Origin: Laetmonice hystrix
Lineage: Eukaryota
Direction: 5' to 3'
DNA: 64,000 nucleotides
Assembly: GCA_965235115.1 (NCBI GenBank)
Contig: OZ249452.1
Coordinates: 11,160,001 to 11,224,000 of the forward strand
In this document: one piece after another, positions 26,509-39,859 of the stretch
Position numbering within the stretch: the stretch's first letter is position 1
How the letters are laid out: the number at the start of each line of letters is the position of its first letter
Made by a program: the position numbers and the translations under genes
The notes under the pieces: model-generated
What the model saw: the letters and a program-made list of their open reading frames with translations, nothing else
Databases searched by the model: none
Told to the model about the DNA's origin: nothing

Positions 26509-27255
26509 AATTATAGATATTTTATCTGTATCCCTGACTGCTCCGGTGAGTGATGTTGTGATGCGCGGGGTGGACCGTGAGGTAATATTAAATAGAGATC
26601 CCCAATGTTGATACAGTCTAGGTCATAGCTTGGAGGCGGCCGCCAGATCACATCTTTAGTAGAGATTCTTGTTGTCATGTTTGATAAAAGATTATTCATT
26701 GTACATAATATTGACCGCATGCAGGAATGTAATCTTATGTTGACAAATATATTTTTCATAGGCTGGAAGGAAAGCTAGTTCAAAGTCAATTATAGAATGG
26801 ATGATACGGGTGCCAACGAAAGCTCATGGCATGGTTTTGTAAGGGGATCTCAAATCATGGAGAGACCATTTAGAATTATGGGAAAGTATCCTGTAATACG
26901 AGCCCGACCTGAAGATTAATCTACCCCGTTGGTGCCAATAATATTAGATAAACACTCAAGTCACTAAAACTGGCCAATGTTGAACAATTCGACGCTTCGA
27001 AATATGCACTTGTTTTATCACAAAAACACCGTGTTTTTTTGGAGGGGGGACATAAAGGTTCAGTATGACAAGCTGTGCGAGGATAAAATATACATATTCT
27101 TTAAAGTTTCCCCGGAGAAATTATAGTAGTCCAATTTTCCTAAACTATGGGACACAGTCAGGAATATAGAACTGTTCCATTTTCAAGTGTAGGGTCTATA
27201 TTCATCCCGATAACCTTGGTGCTTACTTATCTGAAAACAAAAGGACGTCGGTAAC

Positions 27256-30200
27256 GCCGGTTTGTGGACAACATGACGTCAGTCGTCAGTAACACAAGCC
27301 GGTCTGTCGATGACATGACGTCAGTCGTCAGTAACACAAGCCGGTCTGTCGATGACATGACGTCAGTCGTCAGTAACACAAGCCGGTCTGTGGACAACAT
27401 GACGTCAGTCGTCAGTAAGCCGGTTTGTGGACAACATGACGTCAGTCGTCAGGAACACACGCCGGTCTGTGGACAACATGACGTCAGTCGTCAGTAACAC
27501 ACGCCGGTCTGTGGACAACATGACGTCAGTCGTCAGTAACACACGCCGGTCTGTGGACAACATGACGTCAGTCGTCAGTAACACAAGCCGGTCTGTGGAC
27601 AACATGACGTCAGTCGTCAGTAACACAAGCCGGTCTGTGGACAACATGACGTCAGTCGTCAGTAACACAAGCCGGTCTGTGGACAACATGACGTCAGTCG
27701 TCAGTAACACAAGCCGGTCTGTGGACAACATGACGTCAGTCGTCAGTAACACAAGCCGGTCTGTGGACAGGATAACGTCCGTTGTCAGTAACACAAGCCG
27801 GTCTGTGGACAACGTGACGTCAGTCGTCAGTAAGCCGGTCTGTGGACAACATGACGTCAGTCGTCAGTAAGCCGGTCTGTGGACAACATGACGTCAGTCG
27901 TCAGTAACACAAGCCGGTCTGTGGACAACATGACGTCAGTCGTCAGTAACACAAGCCGGTCTGTGGACAACATGACGTCAGTCGTCAGGAACACACGCCG
28001 GTCTGTGGACAACATGACGTCAGTCGTCAGTAACACACGCCGGTCTGTGGACAACATGACGTCAGTCGTCAGTAACACACGCCGGTCTGTGGACAACATG
28101 ACGTCAGTCGTCAGTAACACAAGCCGGTCTGTGGACAACATGACGTCAGTCGTCAGTAACACAAGCCGGTCTGTGGACAACATGACGTCAGTCGTCAGTA
28201 ACACAAGCCGGTCTGTGGACAACATGACGTCAGTCGTCAGTAACACAAGCCGGTCTGTGGACAACATGACGTCAGTCGTCAGTAACACAAGCCGGTCTGT
28301 GGACAGGATAACGTCCGTTGTCAGTAACACAAGCAGGTCTGTGGACAACGTGACGTCAGTCGTCAGTAAGCCGGTCTGTGGACAACATGACGTCAGTCGT
28401 CAGTAACACAAGCCGGTCTGTGGACAACATGACGTCAGTCGTCAGTAACACAAGCCGGTCTGTGGACAACATGATGTCAGTCGTCAGTAAGCCGGTCTGT
28501 GGACAACATGACGTCAGTCGTCAGTAACACAAGCCGGTCTGTGGACAACATGACGTCAGTCGTCAGTAACACAAGCCGGTCTGTGGACAACATGACGTCA
28601 GTCGTCAGTAACACAAGCCGGTCTGTGGACAACATGACGTCAGTCGTCAGTAACACAAGCCGGTCTGTGGACAACATGACGTCAGTCGTCAGTAACACAA
28701 GCCGGTCTGTGGACAACATGACGTCAGTCGTCAGTAAGCCGGTCTGTGGACAACATGGCGTCAGTCGTCAGTAACACAAGCCGGTCTGTGGACAACATGA
28801 CGTCAGTCGTCAGTAAAACAAGCCGGTCTGTGGACAACATGACGTCAGTCGTCAGTAACACAAGCCGGTCTGTGGACAACATGACGTCAGTCGTCAGTAA
28901 CACAAGCCGGTCTGTGGACAACATGACGTCAGTCGTCAGTAAGCCGGTCTGTGGACAACATGAGGTCAGTCGTCAGTAACACAAGCCGGTCTGTGGAAAG
29001 CATGACGTCAGTCGTCAGGAACACACGCCGGTCTGTGGACAACATGACGTCAGTCGTCAGTAACACAAGCCGGTCTGTGGACAACATGACGTCAGTCGTC
29101 AGTAACACAAGCCGGTCTGTGGACAACATGACGTCAGTCGTCAGTAACACAATCCGGTCTGTGGGCAACATGACGTCAGTCGTCAGTAACACAAGCCGGT
29201 CTGTGGACAACATGACGTCAGTCGTCAGTAACACAAGCCGGTCTGTGGACAACATGACGTCAGTCGTCAGTAACATACGCCGGTCTGTGGACAACATGAC
29301 GTCAGTCGTCAGTAACATACGCCGGTCTGTGGACAACATGACGTCAGTCGTCAGTAACACAAGCCGGTCTGTGGACAACATGACGTCAGTCGTCAGTAAC
29401 ACAAGCCGGTCTGTGGACAACATGACGTCAGTCGTCAGTAAGCCGGTCTGTGGACAACATGAGGTCAGTCGTCAGTAACACAAGCCGGTCTGTGGAAAGC
29501 ATGACGTCAGTCGTCAGGAACACACGCCGGTCTGTGGACAACATGACGTCAGTCGTCAGTAACACAAGCCGGTCTGTGGACAACATGACGTCAGTCGTCA
29601 GTAACACAAGCCGGTCTGTGGACAACATGACGTCAGTCGTCAGTAAGCCGGTCTGTGGACAACATGAGGTCAGTCGTCAGTAAGCCGGTCTGTGGACAAC
29701 ATGAGGTCAGTCGTCAGTAACACAAGCCGGCCTGTGGACAACATGACGTCAGTCGTCAGTAACATACGCCGGTCTGTGGACAACATGACGTCAGTCGTCA
29801 GTAACATACGCCGGTCTGTGGACAACATGACGTCAGTCGTCAGTAACACAAATACGCCGGTCTGTGGGCAGCATGACGTCAGTCGTCTGTAACACAAGCC
29901 GGTCTGTGGACAACATGACGTCAGTCGTCAGTAAGCCGGTCTGTGGACAACATGACGTCAGTCGTCAGTAACACAAGCCGGTCTGTGGACAACATGACGT
30001 CAGTTGTCAGTAACACAAGCCGGTCTGTGGACAACATGACGTCAGTCGTCAGTAACACAAGCCGGTCTGTGGACAACATGACGTCAGTCGTCAGTAACAT
30101 ACGCCGGTCTGTGGACAACATGACGTCAGTCGTCAGTAAGCCGGTCTGTCGACAACATGACGTCAGTCGTCAGTAACACAAGCCGGTCTGTGGGCAACAT

Positions 30201-30475
30201 AACGTCAGTCGTGAGTAACACAAGCCGGTCTGTGGACAACATGACGTCAGTCGTCAGTAACACCAGCCGGTCTGTGGACAACATGACGTCAGTCGTCAGT
30301 AACACAAGCCGGTCTGTGGACAGGATGACGTCAGTCGTCAGTAAGCCGGTCTGTCGACAACATGACGTCAGTCGTCAGTAACACAAGCCGGTCTGTGGAC
30401 AACATGACGTCAGTCGTCAGTAAGCCGGTCTGTGGACAACATGACGTCAGTCGTCAGTAACACAAGCCGGTCTGT
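27256..30475. repeat. Large minisatellite, 42 bp (plus 37-bp variant) x about 78, with higher-order duplications
   Basis: Unit gccggtctgtggacaacatgacgtcagtcgtcagtaacacaa. Blocks 27427-27870 and 27879-28406 share the same ordered variants. Confidence 0.98.
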
Positions 30476-30984
30476 AAACAGGCGGAGACATTGACCTCGT
30501 GGCAGTCAATCTACTATACCCTCCCGTCGGGACTTCAAAAGCTCATGACACGTGTAAGGGCACCTACCACTCTTGGCGATGTCGTGTGGCGAGGATGGTC
30601 TGTTCGAATTCTCGTTCACGCTTCCTACTCTCCATTAACTCCAACCACACCAAATGTAACTGGACAGTCTGATCTTTCAGTTGCACTATTTTCCCTCAAC
30701 GTTTCCACATTAACGTTGTTTACAGCTTCAGTTACTTAGATTTTTTTTAAAAACAACATCGCAATGAGTAAATGATGTGTGATTGAATGAGTAGAACGTA
30801 TCTGTAACTGCGAATGACCAGAAACGCCATCCAATTTAAAGCGGGGTTATCATATATGTTCCTATGTCTATAACGAGGCCTTTTACATTTCGGGCAGCTA
30901 AGCGATTCGTGATTTTTTGCCGTACTGTCCCCGCCGATGACGATGCATCATCGTTTTGCAAAGTGTGTAGTGCTTATACCAATA

Positions 30985-31134
30985 TACAGGGTGTCGCCAA
31001 AAGATTGCCCAGGCCAAATCAGACAACCTCAGAATAAATGTTTTCCCAGAATCTGATGGGGAATATTCTTACATGAGAAATAGTCTTTATTTCACCAAAA
31101 TCAGTCTTTTTTTTGGGGGGGGGGGCACCCTGTA
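30985..31134. mobile_element. Short Tc1/mariner-type MITE with TA TSD
   Basis: ta-cagggtgtcgccaaaa ... ttttggggggggggcaccctg-ta. Confidence 0.6.
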
Positions 31135-31697
31135 TTGCGAACCATTATGTTGTACTGAGAAACGAAGTTTTATCGGAAAGATATGCCTTAAAGTTCAGAA
31201 ATATTATGTAGATGCGTCTCATGGGGCAGATGTGGGCCCAGTCGGTTTGTTGCTGTAGCGTCGTATTTTACGGGTAACGTCACCCATAAACCTATATAAA
31301 CATGTACATCTGCACATTGTACAAATGTGTAACTGGCCTGGTAAATGGAATTAATGGTACATAACAACGAAAACATAAGAAATAACCACCCGTTTAGTGC
31401 TATATGTATAGCACGGAAGTTTGTTTGTACTTAGGGTCCAATGGCATTGTTATTCAATAGATGCGAACCTAAGTGGATTTCTAAAGGAAAGGCCCGGAGC
31501 CTGCTGTTTGATTTCATTTCTGCTCCATATAGAGAGTTGCGTAAATGTATTCCTTTTGTCAATTAAAGCACGATTCACAAAGCTTCCATTTGAGCGCGCC
31601 TTCTATTTCGCGTATCGACAATTAAACATTTATATATCAAACGCTGCAAATATTTTATTATTTAATTGTCTTCTATTAAGTTATTGTTTATCTGAAG

Positions 31698-31742
31698 GCG
31701 TATCTCAAACGGAGAAATGGCGGTGTTGCCAGGTTCATCGAG
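31698..31742 (+). CDS. Candidate small exon (phase 1: VSQTEKWRCCQVHR; phase 0: AYLKRRNGGVARFIE)
   Basis: Acceptor ttattgtttatctgaag|, donor gag|gtaatg; the phase 1 reading joins in frame to 25389-25571. Confidence 0.25.
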
Positions 31743-32771
31743 GTAATGAGATTCAACAGCTTGTATAGAAAATAGGATAATTTATTAATAACCGACGTAA
31801 ATGTGTGATCTGCAGTGAATAAACACGTTAGTTCGATGACGTTTTGAGCGAAAACGGACAAATATCAGAATAAGTTTCTCGAAAAGAGTAGTTCTCATTT
31901 GGCAGTACTCAATCTTTGTTAAAGTCTTGTCGAAAGCCCTGACCGAGGGGTCTTCATGGGTAAATAGAATCAATGGATTTTTTTTCATTTACTCAATCCT
32001 TTTCTGGTGGCGATGATGATGATGATGTTGGCGATGATGGTAAGAAAAGAAGAACGTCGGATACTCAGACAACTTGTGCAAGTGCAAGTTCGATAACGGT
32101 CACTAAGTCGGTACAACAACACGTACCGCCCCTGAGCCTCTTTCCACTCGGCCACCGCCACCCCAAGATAAAAACACGCACTGTATGTACACGTCTGCCG
32201 TGAAATGACAAAAGGAAGCAAATCCAAAAGTTCAAGTTTCGAGAAATGGACATGAAGAAGTTGTCTCTACAGTACAGTTGGATGGACATGCTTCCTTCTG
32301 TCATGTGACTGATAGCTTCATAGAAGGATATTTAGCAGAAATACACCCATTGATAGATATGACTTACTTCCCTGAATCCAAATTTACACTTAAGTCGATT
32401 TTGATGAAAGTTGGACTTGCTTCCTTTTGTCATTGCACGGCAGACGTGATGCACAAGAGGGAAGCCACCCTGATCAGTAAGGGGAGGCCGGGTCCTGTCT
32501 CTAAAGGAATAAACTGAAATTGCTATTCTGATGTTAAAATGGAAACTGCCCAGTAAAGATAGCGTACATCCCTCTGAGGAACGAGTATGGAAGGGAGATC
32601 CACCACACTTCATTGGTCGTATAGGCGTTCGTTTTGGCCAATTGAGACCAATTTTATCTAGGTCGGTTCTATCGAGGCTTCCCATTGGTACCTTTATTAG
32701 ACTTTACTAAATACAACATAGTCACCTTCGACCCAGAGTAGACACCCTCAACAATCACTCGAATCCAGTCT

Positions 32772-33197
32772 GGGTCGGGGCCCATAAATTGTTATCTAAA
32801 AATTGACGTAGCATTGACGTAAGAAGTAGAATGCTACTTCTTATACCGATTTGACGTAGGCCCGCCTCCGTCCAAGTGGAGAGCCGTCGGTAGGGACTTT
32901 TCTATGACGTGATGTGGGCCTTTATTTCAACGCAAAATCAATTTTTATTAAAACATTAATGGGACCACATCCAGTATGTTCCTCGTGCCACCATGAAACT
33001 TCATATATGTTGATGTAACATTATAAACTACATTAATTCAAAGTTTTGTATATTAATTCTTATTTTAGGAAGTTACGCAGGCAGGCTCCACCTGCGTAGA
33101 AATAAGCCCGTTGCGTCAGTTACGTCGGTTACTTATATTTGACATAAGTGATTATGGGCTATCTAAATTCTGACGTAACATTTATGGGCCCCGACCC
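32772..33197. mobile_element. MITE with a perfect 17-bp TIR, superfamily unassigned
   Basis: gggtcggggcccataaa ... tttatgggccccgaccc; no clear TSD. Confidence 0.7.
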
Positions 33198-33639
33198 TGG
33201 TTGAATTAGCTCCAATAAGTTCGGAATTATTCAGAAATCACAATTACTTAACCTTTATAGAAAGAGACATCGGAACCTTTGGTAAAAACGCAACGCCTGC
33301 ACTCTGAGTGTAATACAAATGGATGCATAGACAACTAGGGAATGTTGAATCAAGCACCACTCACTTTGTGGAGGAGGTTGAAAAGGGTACTATACGTATG
33401 ATTTCTTTCCTATCTTCATGCTATCTTACTATCAACACAACTACAAACACAATGACAAATACGTCACCGGAAGTTGACCACCATGTTGAACCTTTTCATC
33501 GAATTAAGAGTGTTTTAAGCTTAACAGGGGTCAAATTGAAATACATTTCATGTTCGCATTTTAGCTTGTGTTCCATCCAGGTTAGTGTGTGAATGCCGAG
33601 TATTGACGTGAAGAGGGAAAGAAAGGTACCTAAACATAA

Positions 33640-33990
33640 ACTTCTCCGGAGAGAGGGGGGACACAGAGGGAGAGGACAGAGAGAGGGATAGGGAGAGTAT
33701 CTCAGAGAGAGAGGGGGGATTGCTAGAGAGAGAGAGAGGTGAGGTTCACAAAGAGAGGCAGAGAGAGACAGAGAGAGAGATAGAGCGAGACAGAAAGAGA
33801 CACAGAGAGACACAGAGAGACACAGAGAGACGCAGAGAGACACAGCTAGACAGACAGACAGACGGATACGGAGAGATAGCGAGAGATAGAGAGAGATAGA
33901 GATACAGACAGACAGGCAGACAAACAGATAATCAGACAGACACAGACATACAAGATGATACTAAGAGATAGAGAGCCAGACAGGAGGGAG
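33640..33990. repeat. (AG)n / (AGAC)n compound microsatellite
   Basis: Purine-rich gagaga, gacaga and cagaca runs. Confidence 0.9.
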
Positions 33991-34029
33991 AGGAATGAGG
34001 AGGTAACAGAAGGGTGTTGTATACATCCT

Positions 34030-34320
34030 GAACAGGCGATATCAGTATTGACCTATTGAACGCCCGTCTTCGAACATGAACGAATTCAAGGGAATAAGTG
34101 TGCCCGTTTGTCTGATCCATTGAGGACTGAAGGCTCCCTCAATCTGGCGCTTGAGGGACACGCTGTGGAGGTTTGCAAACCTAAAAGGTTCGGCCTTTGA
34201 TGTCGCCAATAAATCGTTCTCTAGAAAGGCGTCGATCCATCAGCAGTAGTCGGGGAGCGTGTACACCCAGCTTCAGTCGTAATGATATAAAAGGTTACCG
34301 ACCCTATCGGACTCCCCTCC
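34030..34320. repeat. Local direct duplication, copy 1 (about 290 bp)
   Basis: Matches 35645-35930 with scattered substitutions; both give the pseudo-peptide MMSPINR..RRSISSSRGACT..FSRNDIKGYRPYRTPLL. Confidence 0.9.
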
Positions 34321-34483
34321 TTCGGTCTCTCTCTCGACGGCCGAGTTTCAAACACAACTCATTCACTTGGTCGGTAAGTTACCAGCTGAGGTCGTATTTA
34401 TTCTGGAAACGAAACAACTCTGGATTTCAGCTACTTCGTCATGTGGCGGGACGTTTTGTTCATCTCGTGTCGATTTTAAGTAA

Positions 34484-34942
34484 CCAGATTACGTGTGGTA
34501 GATCTCCACTCCTACCTCCAGATTACGTGTGGTAGATCCCTACTCCTACCTCCAGATTACGTGTGGTAGATCCCTACTCCTACCTCCAGATTACGTGTGG
34601 TAGATCCCTACTCCTACCTCCAGATTACGTGTGGTAGACCCCTAATCCTACCTCCAGATTACGTGTGGTAGATCCCTACTCCTACCTCCAGATTACGTGT
34701 GGTAGATCCCTACTCCTGCCTCCAGATTACGTGTGGTAGATCCCTACTCCTACCTCCAGATTACGTGTGGTAGATCCCTACTCCTACCTCCAGATTACGT
34801 GTGGTAGATCCCTACTCCTACCCCCAGATTACGTGTGGTAGATCCCTACTCCTACCTCCAGATTACGTGTGGTAGATCCCTACTCCTACCTCCAGATTAC
34901 GTGTGGTAGATCCCTACTCCTACCCCCAGATTACATGTGGTA
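34484..34942. repeat. Minisatellite, 34 bp x about 13
   Basis: Unit ccagattacgtgtggtagatccctactcctacct. Confidence 0.95.
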
Positions 34943-35447
34943 ATCAACACTAACTCCAGATTGCTTGTAGTAGATCAATGCTCTTAACTCCAGATCATCT
35001 GTGGTCAATTTTATTCAATAATCTCCTTATTGTATCTTACAAAATCGGGGTGATCGGTACAGGGCAATTGTAATCAATTTTAATTTCCATTACTCAAACG
35101 GGAATGAAACACTGAATCTGCGATTAAAGTTTCTTACCGACTCTTCAGTTAAAAACTTGGACAATTAAACAAACAATGAGACCAATCACAAGTATTGTTT
35201 TATGCGTAATACGAGAATTGTTGGCATTTAATTAAGATTGCAGGTTTTGTGTTACACCACTGGTATTTTAATAGGGGCAGACAATTGATTATGACTCTGA
35301 CCTGCCTCAAGCGATTTCAGCTGTTCTTCTCAACAGTACCTCCTCCTCCTCCTCCTCCTCCTCTTCCCACCAACAACAACAACAATTTGACGATTTTAAG
35401 AAGTGTTGATATATATTCATATTCATGAGAATAATGTTGGTAGATCA

Positions 35448-35530
35448 CAACATCACGGACTTCAACTCCTAGGAATATAGGTCCATCGAACCTATACTTC
35501 AGGGATTGCAGATCCATTGGACTTGCATTC
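35448..35530 (+). mobile_element. Dispersed repeat family B, copy 1 (fragment)
   Basis: catcacggacttcaactcctaggaatataggtccatcgaacctatacttc. Confidence 0.5.
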
Positions 35531-35644
35531 CAATGGAACCTGGAAAGATCTAACACCTGGTACTTCTCAACCGTTACTCCCGGTTGGGGAGGCGGAACAG
35601 GGGTTAAAGCTTTCCTAGTACCCATGGAATGCAAGTCCGGTCGC

Positions 35645-35930
35645 TGAACAAGCGATATCAGTATTTACCTCTGGAACGCCGGTCTCCGAACGAAATCAAG
35701 GGAATAAGTGTGCCCGTTTGTCTGAACTATTGAGGACTGAAGGCTCCCTCAATCTGGCACTTGAGGGAGACGCTGTAGAGGTTTGCTAAATTAAAAAGCT
35801 TGCTCCTTGATGTCGCCAATAAATCGTTTTTTAGAAAAACGTCGATCCATCAGCAGTAGTCGGGGAGCGTGTACACTCAGCTTCAGTCGTAATGATATAA
35901 AAGGTTACCGACCCTATCGTACCCCTCTCC
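35645..35930. repeat. Local direct duplication, copy 2
   Basis: See 34030-34320. Confidence 0.9.
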
Positions 35931-36159
35931 TCCAGTCCCTCCAGGGGACTTGGAAAGCTCTGTGCCACATGTGCCACCTCCCCCACCAGTGCTCCCAACT
36001 TAGACAATGGCCGGGCATTGTCTGTGTAGTGGTACACGTGAACAGAAACTTTGTCATTTCTTTAAAAGAGTAGGGCGCAGTTCAGGTGTGCGTTTCTGTT
36101 TGTAACATTAAGTCATCATCATCGGCATTATGACCATTGTCATCTTCATCGCCGCAATA

Positions 36160-38626
36160 GTCCACAGAACAGTACAAGGAATGCCACCCACCACAGACCA
36201 CCTACCACCCCTCGAACACTTCTAACGGTCCACTGAACTGTACGAGGATACCACACACCACCTACCACACCTCGAACACTTCTAACGGTCCACTGAACTG
36301 TACAAGGATACCACACACCACCTACCACCCCTCGAACACTTCTAACGGTCCACTGAACTGTACAGTGATACCACACACCACCTACCACCCCTCGAACACT
36401 TCTAACGGTCCACTGAACTGTACAAGGATACCACGCACCACCTACCACCCCTCGAACACTTCTAACGGTCCACTAACTGTACAAGGATACCACACACCAC
36501 CTACCACCCCTCGAACACTTCTAACAGTCCACTAACTGTACAAGGATACCACACACCACCTACCACCCCTCGAACACTTCTAACGGTCCACTGAACTGTA
36601 CAAGGATACCACACACCACCTACCACCCCTCGAACACTTCTAACGGTCCACTAACTGTACAAGGATACCACACACCACCTACCACCCCTCGAACACTTCT
36701 AACAGTCCACTAACTGTACAAGGATACCACAGACCACCTACCACCCCTCGAACACTTCTAACGGTCCACTGAACTGTACAAGGATACCACACACCACCTA
36801 CCACCCCTCGAACACTTCTAACGGTCCACTGAACTGTACAAGGATACCACACACCACCTACCACCCCTCGAACACTTCTAACGGTCCACTAACTGTACAA
36901 GGATACCACACACCACCTACCACCCCTCGAACACTTCTAACGGTCCACTGAACTGTACGAGGATACCACACACCACCTACCACACCTCGAACACTTCTAA
37001 CGGTCCACTGAACTGTACAAGGATACCACAGACCACCTACCACCCCTCGAACACTTCTAACGGTCCACTGAACTGTACAGTGATACCACACACCACCTAC
37101 CACCCCTCGAACACTTCTAACGGTCCACTGAACTGTACAAGGATACCACGCACCACCTACCACCCCTCGAACACTTCTAAAGGTCCACTGAACTGTACAA
37201 GGATGCCACACACCACCTACCACCCCTCGAACACTTCTAACGGTCCACTGAACTGTACAAGGATACCACACACCACCTACCACCCCTCGAACACTTCTAA
37301 CGGTCCACTGAACTGTACAAGGATACCACACACCACCTACCACCCCTCGAACACTTCTAACGGTCCACTGAACTGTACAAGGATACCACACACCACCTAC
37401 CACCCCTCGAACACTTCTAACGGTCCACTGAACTGTACAAGGATACCACACACCACCTACCACCCCTCGAACACTTCTAACGGTCCACTAACTGTACAAG
37501 GATACCACACACCACCTACCACCCCTCGAACACTTCTAACGGTCCACTAACTGTACAAGGATACCACACACCACCTACCACCCCTCGAACACTTCTAACG
37601 GTCCACTAACTGTACAAGGATACCACACACCACCTACCACCCCTCGAACACTTCTAAAGGTCCACTGAACTGTACAAGGATGCCACACACCACCTACCAC
37701 CCCTCGAACACTTCTAACGGTCCACTGAACTGTACAAGGATACCACAGACCACCTACCACCCCTCGAACACTTCTAACGGTCCACTAACTGTACAAGGAT
37801 ACCACACACCACCTACCACCCCTCGAACACTTCTAACGGTCCACTAACTGTACAAGGATACCACACACCACCTACCACCCCTCGAACACTTCTAACGGTC
37901 CACTAACTGTACAAGGATACCACACACCACCTACCACCCCTCGAACACTTCTAACGGTCCACTGAACTGTACAAGGATACCACACACCACCTACCACCCC
38001 TCGAACACTTCTAACGGTCCACTAACTGTACAAGGATGCCACACACCACCTACCACCCCCCGAACACTTCTAACGGTCCACTGAACTGTACAAGGATACC
38101 ACACACCACCTACCACCCCTCGAACACTTCTAACGGTCCACTGAACTGTACAAGGATACCACACACCACCTACCACCCCTCGAACACTTCTAACAGTCCA
38201 CTAACTGTACAAGGATACCACACACCACCTACCACCCCTCGAACACTTCTAACGGTCCACTGAACTGTACAAGGACACCACACACCACCTACCACCCCTC
38301 GAACACTTCTAACGGTCCACTGAACTGTACAAGGATACCACACACCACCTACCACCCCTCGAACACTTCTAACAGTCCACTAACTGTACAAGGATACCAC
38401 ACACCACCTACCACCCCTCGAACACTTCTAACAGTCCACTAACTGTACAAGGATACCACACACCACCTACCACCCCTCAAACACTTCTAACGGTCCACTG
38501 AACTGTACAAGGATACCACAGACCACCTACCACCCCTCGAACACTTCTAACGGTCCACTGAACTGTACAAGGATACCACACACCACCTACCACCCCTCGA
38601 ACACTTCTAACGGTCCACTGAACTGT
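36160..38626. repeat. Large minisatellite, 60/59 bp x about 41
   Basis: Unit ccacacaccacctaccacccctcgaacacttctaacggtccactgaactgtacaaggata; the 59-bp variant has cactaactg. Confidence 0.98.
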
Positions 38627-38764
38627 TGTACAGATGTTGACAATAAATCGCTTTGATCGAATTGTGCATTCATGCCTCATTGTCCACTGCATCCTGTTCA
38701 GCCACATTACTAAACATAAACCTCGGTAGTCAATCTCAGACAGGAGCTTCAGAATAAAACAAAA

Positions 38765-39010
38765 TGGTCGTGTGGATCACTGATGACGGAATTCACTACA
38801 TGCTGCTCTTCTCGAACACAAACAGTTTGGAAATGCTGAGACATAAACGTCAATATTCGTATACTGATGACTATGAGGACAATCAGACCCTTGGAACCAG
38901 ACATGTCATAACATATTGCTATCCACGTGGACAATCTCACTCACCATCAGTGAGCACTAATTGAGGCGTCCACTGTCATGTCAAAGGACGGAACAAGGAG
39001 AGGTGGATTG
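38765..39010 (+). mobile_element. Probable decayed RTE-clade LINE 3' ORF2 fragment
   Basis: Frameshifted motifs DGIHYML, W(E)P.H and IHVDNL resemble the RTE motifs LDGxYTRML, LWEPxHG and TYVDxL. Confidence 0.35.
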
Positions 39011-39859
39011 CCGGATTTGGATAATATTGACCGGTAATTAAAATGCCATTTTATTATATTTCTTACCTCATGAGGGCATAAATATACAAAATAACAAATG
39101 ACAAAGGAATGTTCACCGATCCTTTATGTATGCATGGAGGGGGCGGGGGGTGTTCATCCCTTTTTATCTGTATCACATTGAAGGCTTAACCCAGTTATTT
39201 TTTAAAATATTGTGATGCAGGAATTATACAGCACATCAGCCAAATGGAACCGGGACTCTCGCATGAATTAGGCCTACGTATGGCCTACTTCATACCTTGT
39301 ACATGCACGTCACACGGCTTGCGGGAGGGTTGTGGTAAACCCATCTAAAACTCTAGGCCCATAGAGTCACACACGCCCATCCTAATGAAGACCTAACGAC
39401 CCTTATGTATTTAATATGACTAGCAATTAGTTTGTGAAACATATACCAGGCACGTTAGTTAGCAAAATATCAAAATTGGTCATTTGGTTTTTTTTTGCCC
39501 ACTTTAAAAGACTAGGTGTCTTTACAAAGCATTGACTGCGAATATTTTCTAACGTTCTGTTACTTTAAGATAGAAGCAAATTTCGACGAAATTGAAAGTC
39601 TTGAAGTTCTAAACGTTTTTCGTAAATACTAATCCATAATATTAAGCCTAAGAGGCCTATACTTTTTGTGTGTTGCAAAATTTGTTTAAATTTTATAAAC
39701 TGATATTTTGAAAGTTACACATTTGCGAGGGGGTCATTTGAACCTAGGTTCAGATGACCGGGGGTAGTCCTACGTTGAATTGGGGGGGGGGGATTGAAGC
39801 TGTTACAAAGGAATGTTAATGCAGGTCCTATGTCATCAAGGTCGTGGTATAAGACAATA

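Noticed and set aside
27264-30381. Mucin-like SVDNMTSVVSNTSR repeat ORFs and their antisense ORFs
   Set aside because: The 42-bp unit is a multiple of 3, but 37-bp units break the frame repeatedly; both strands are open and there is no signal peptide or splice context.
36146-38707. Repeat ORFs (VGGVWYPCTVQWTVRS and PHTTYHPSNTSNGPLNCT)
   Set aside because: These are products of the 60/59-bp array with frequent frameshifting units.
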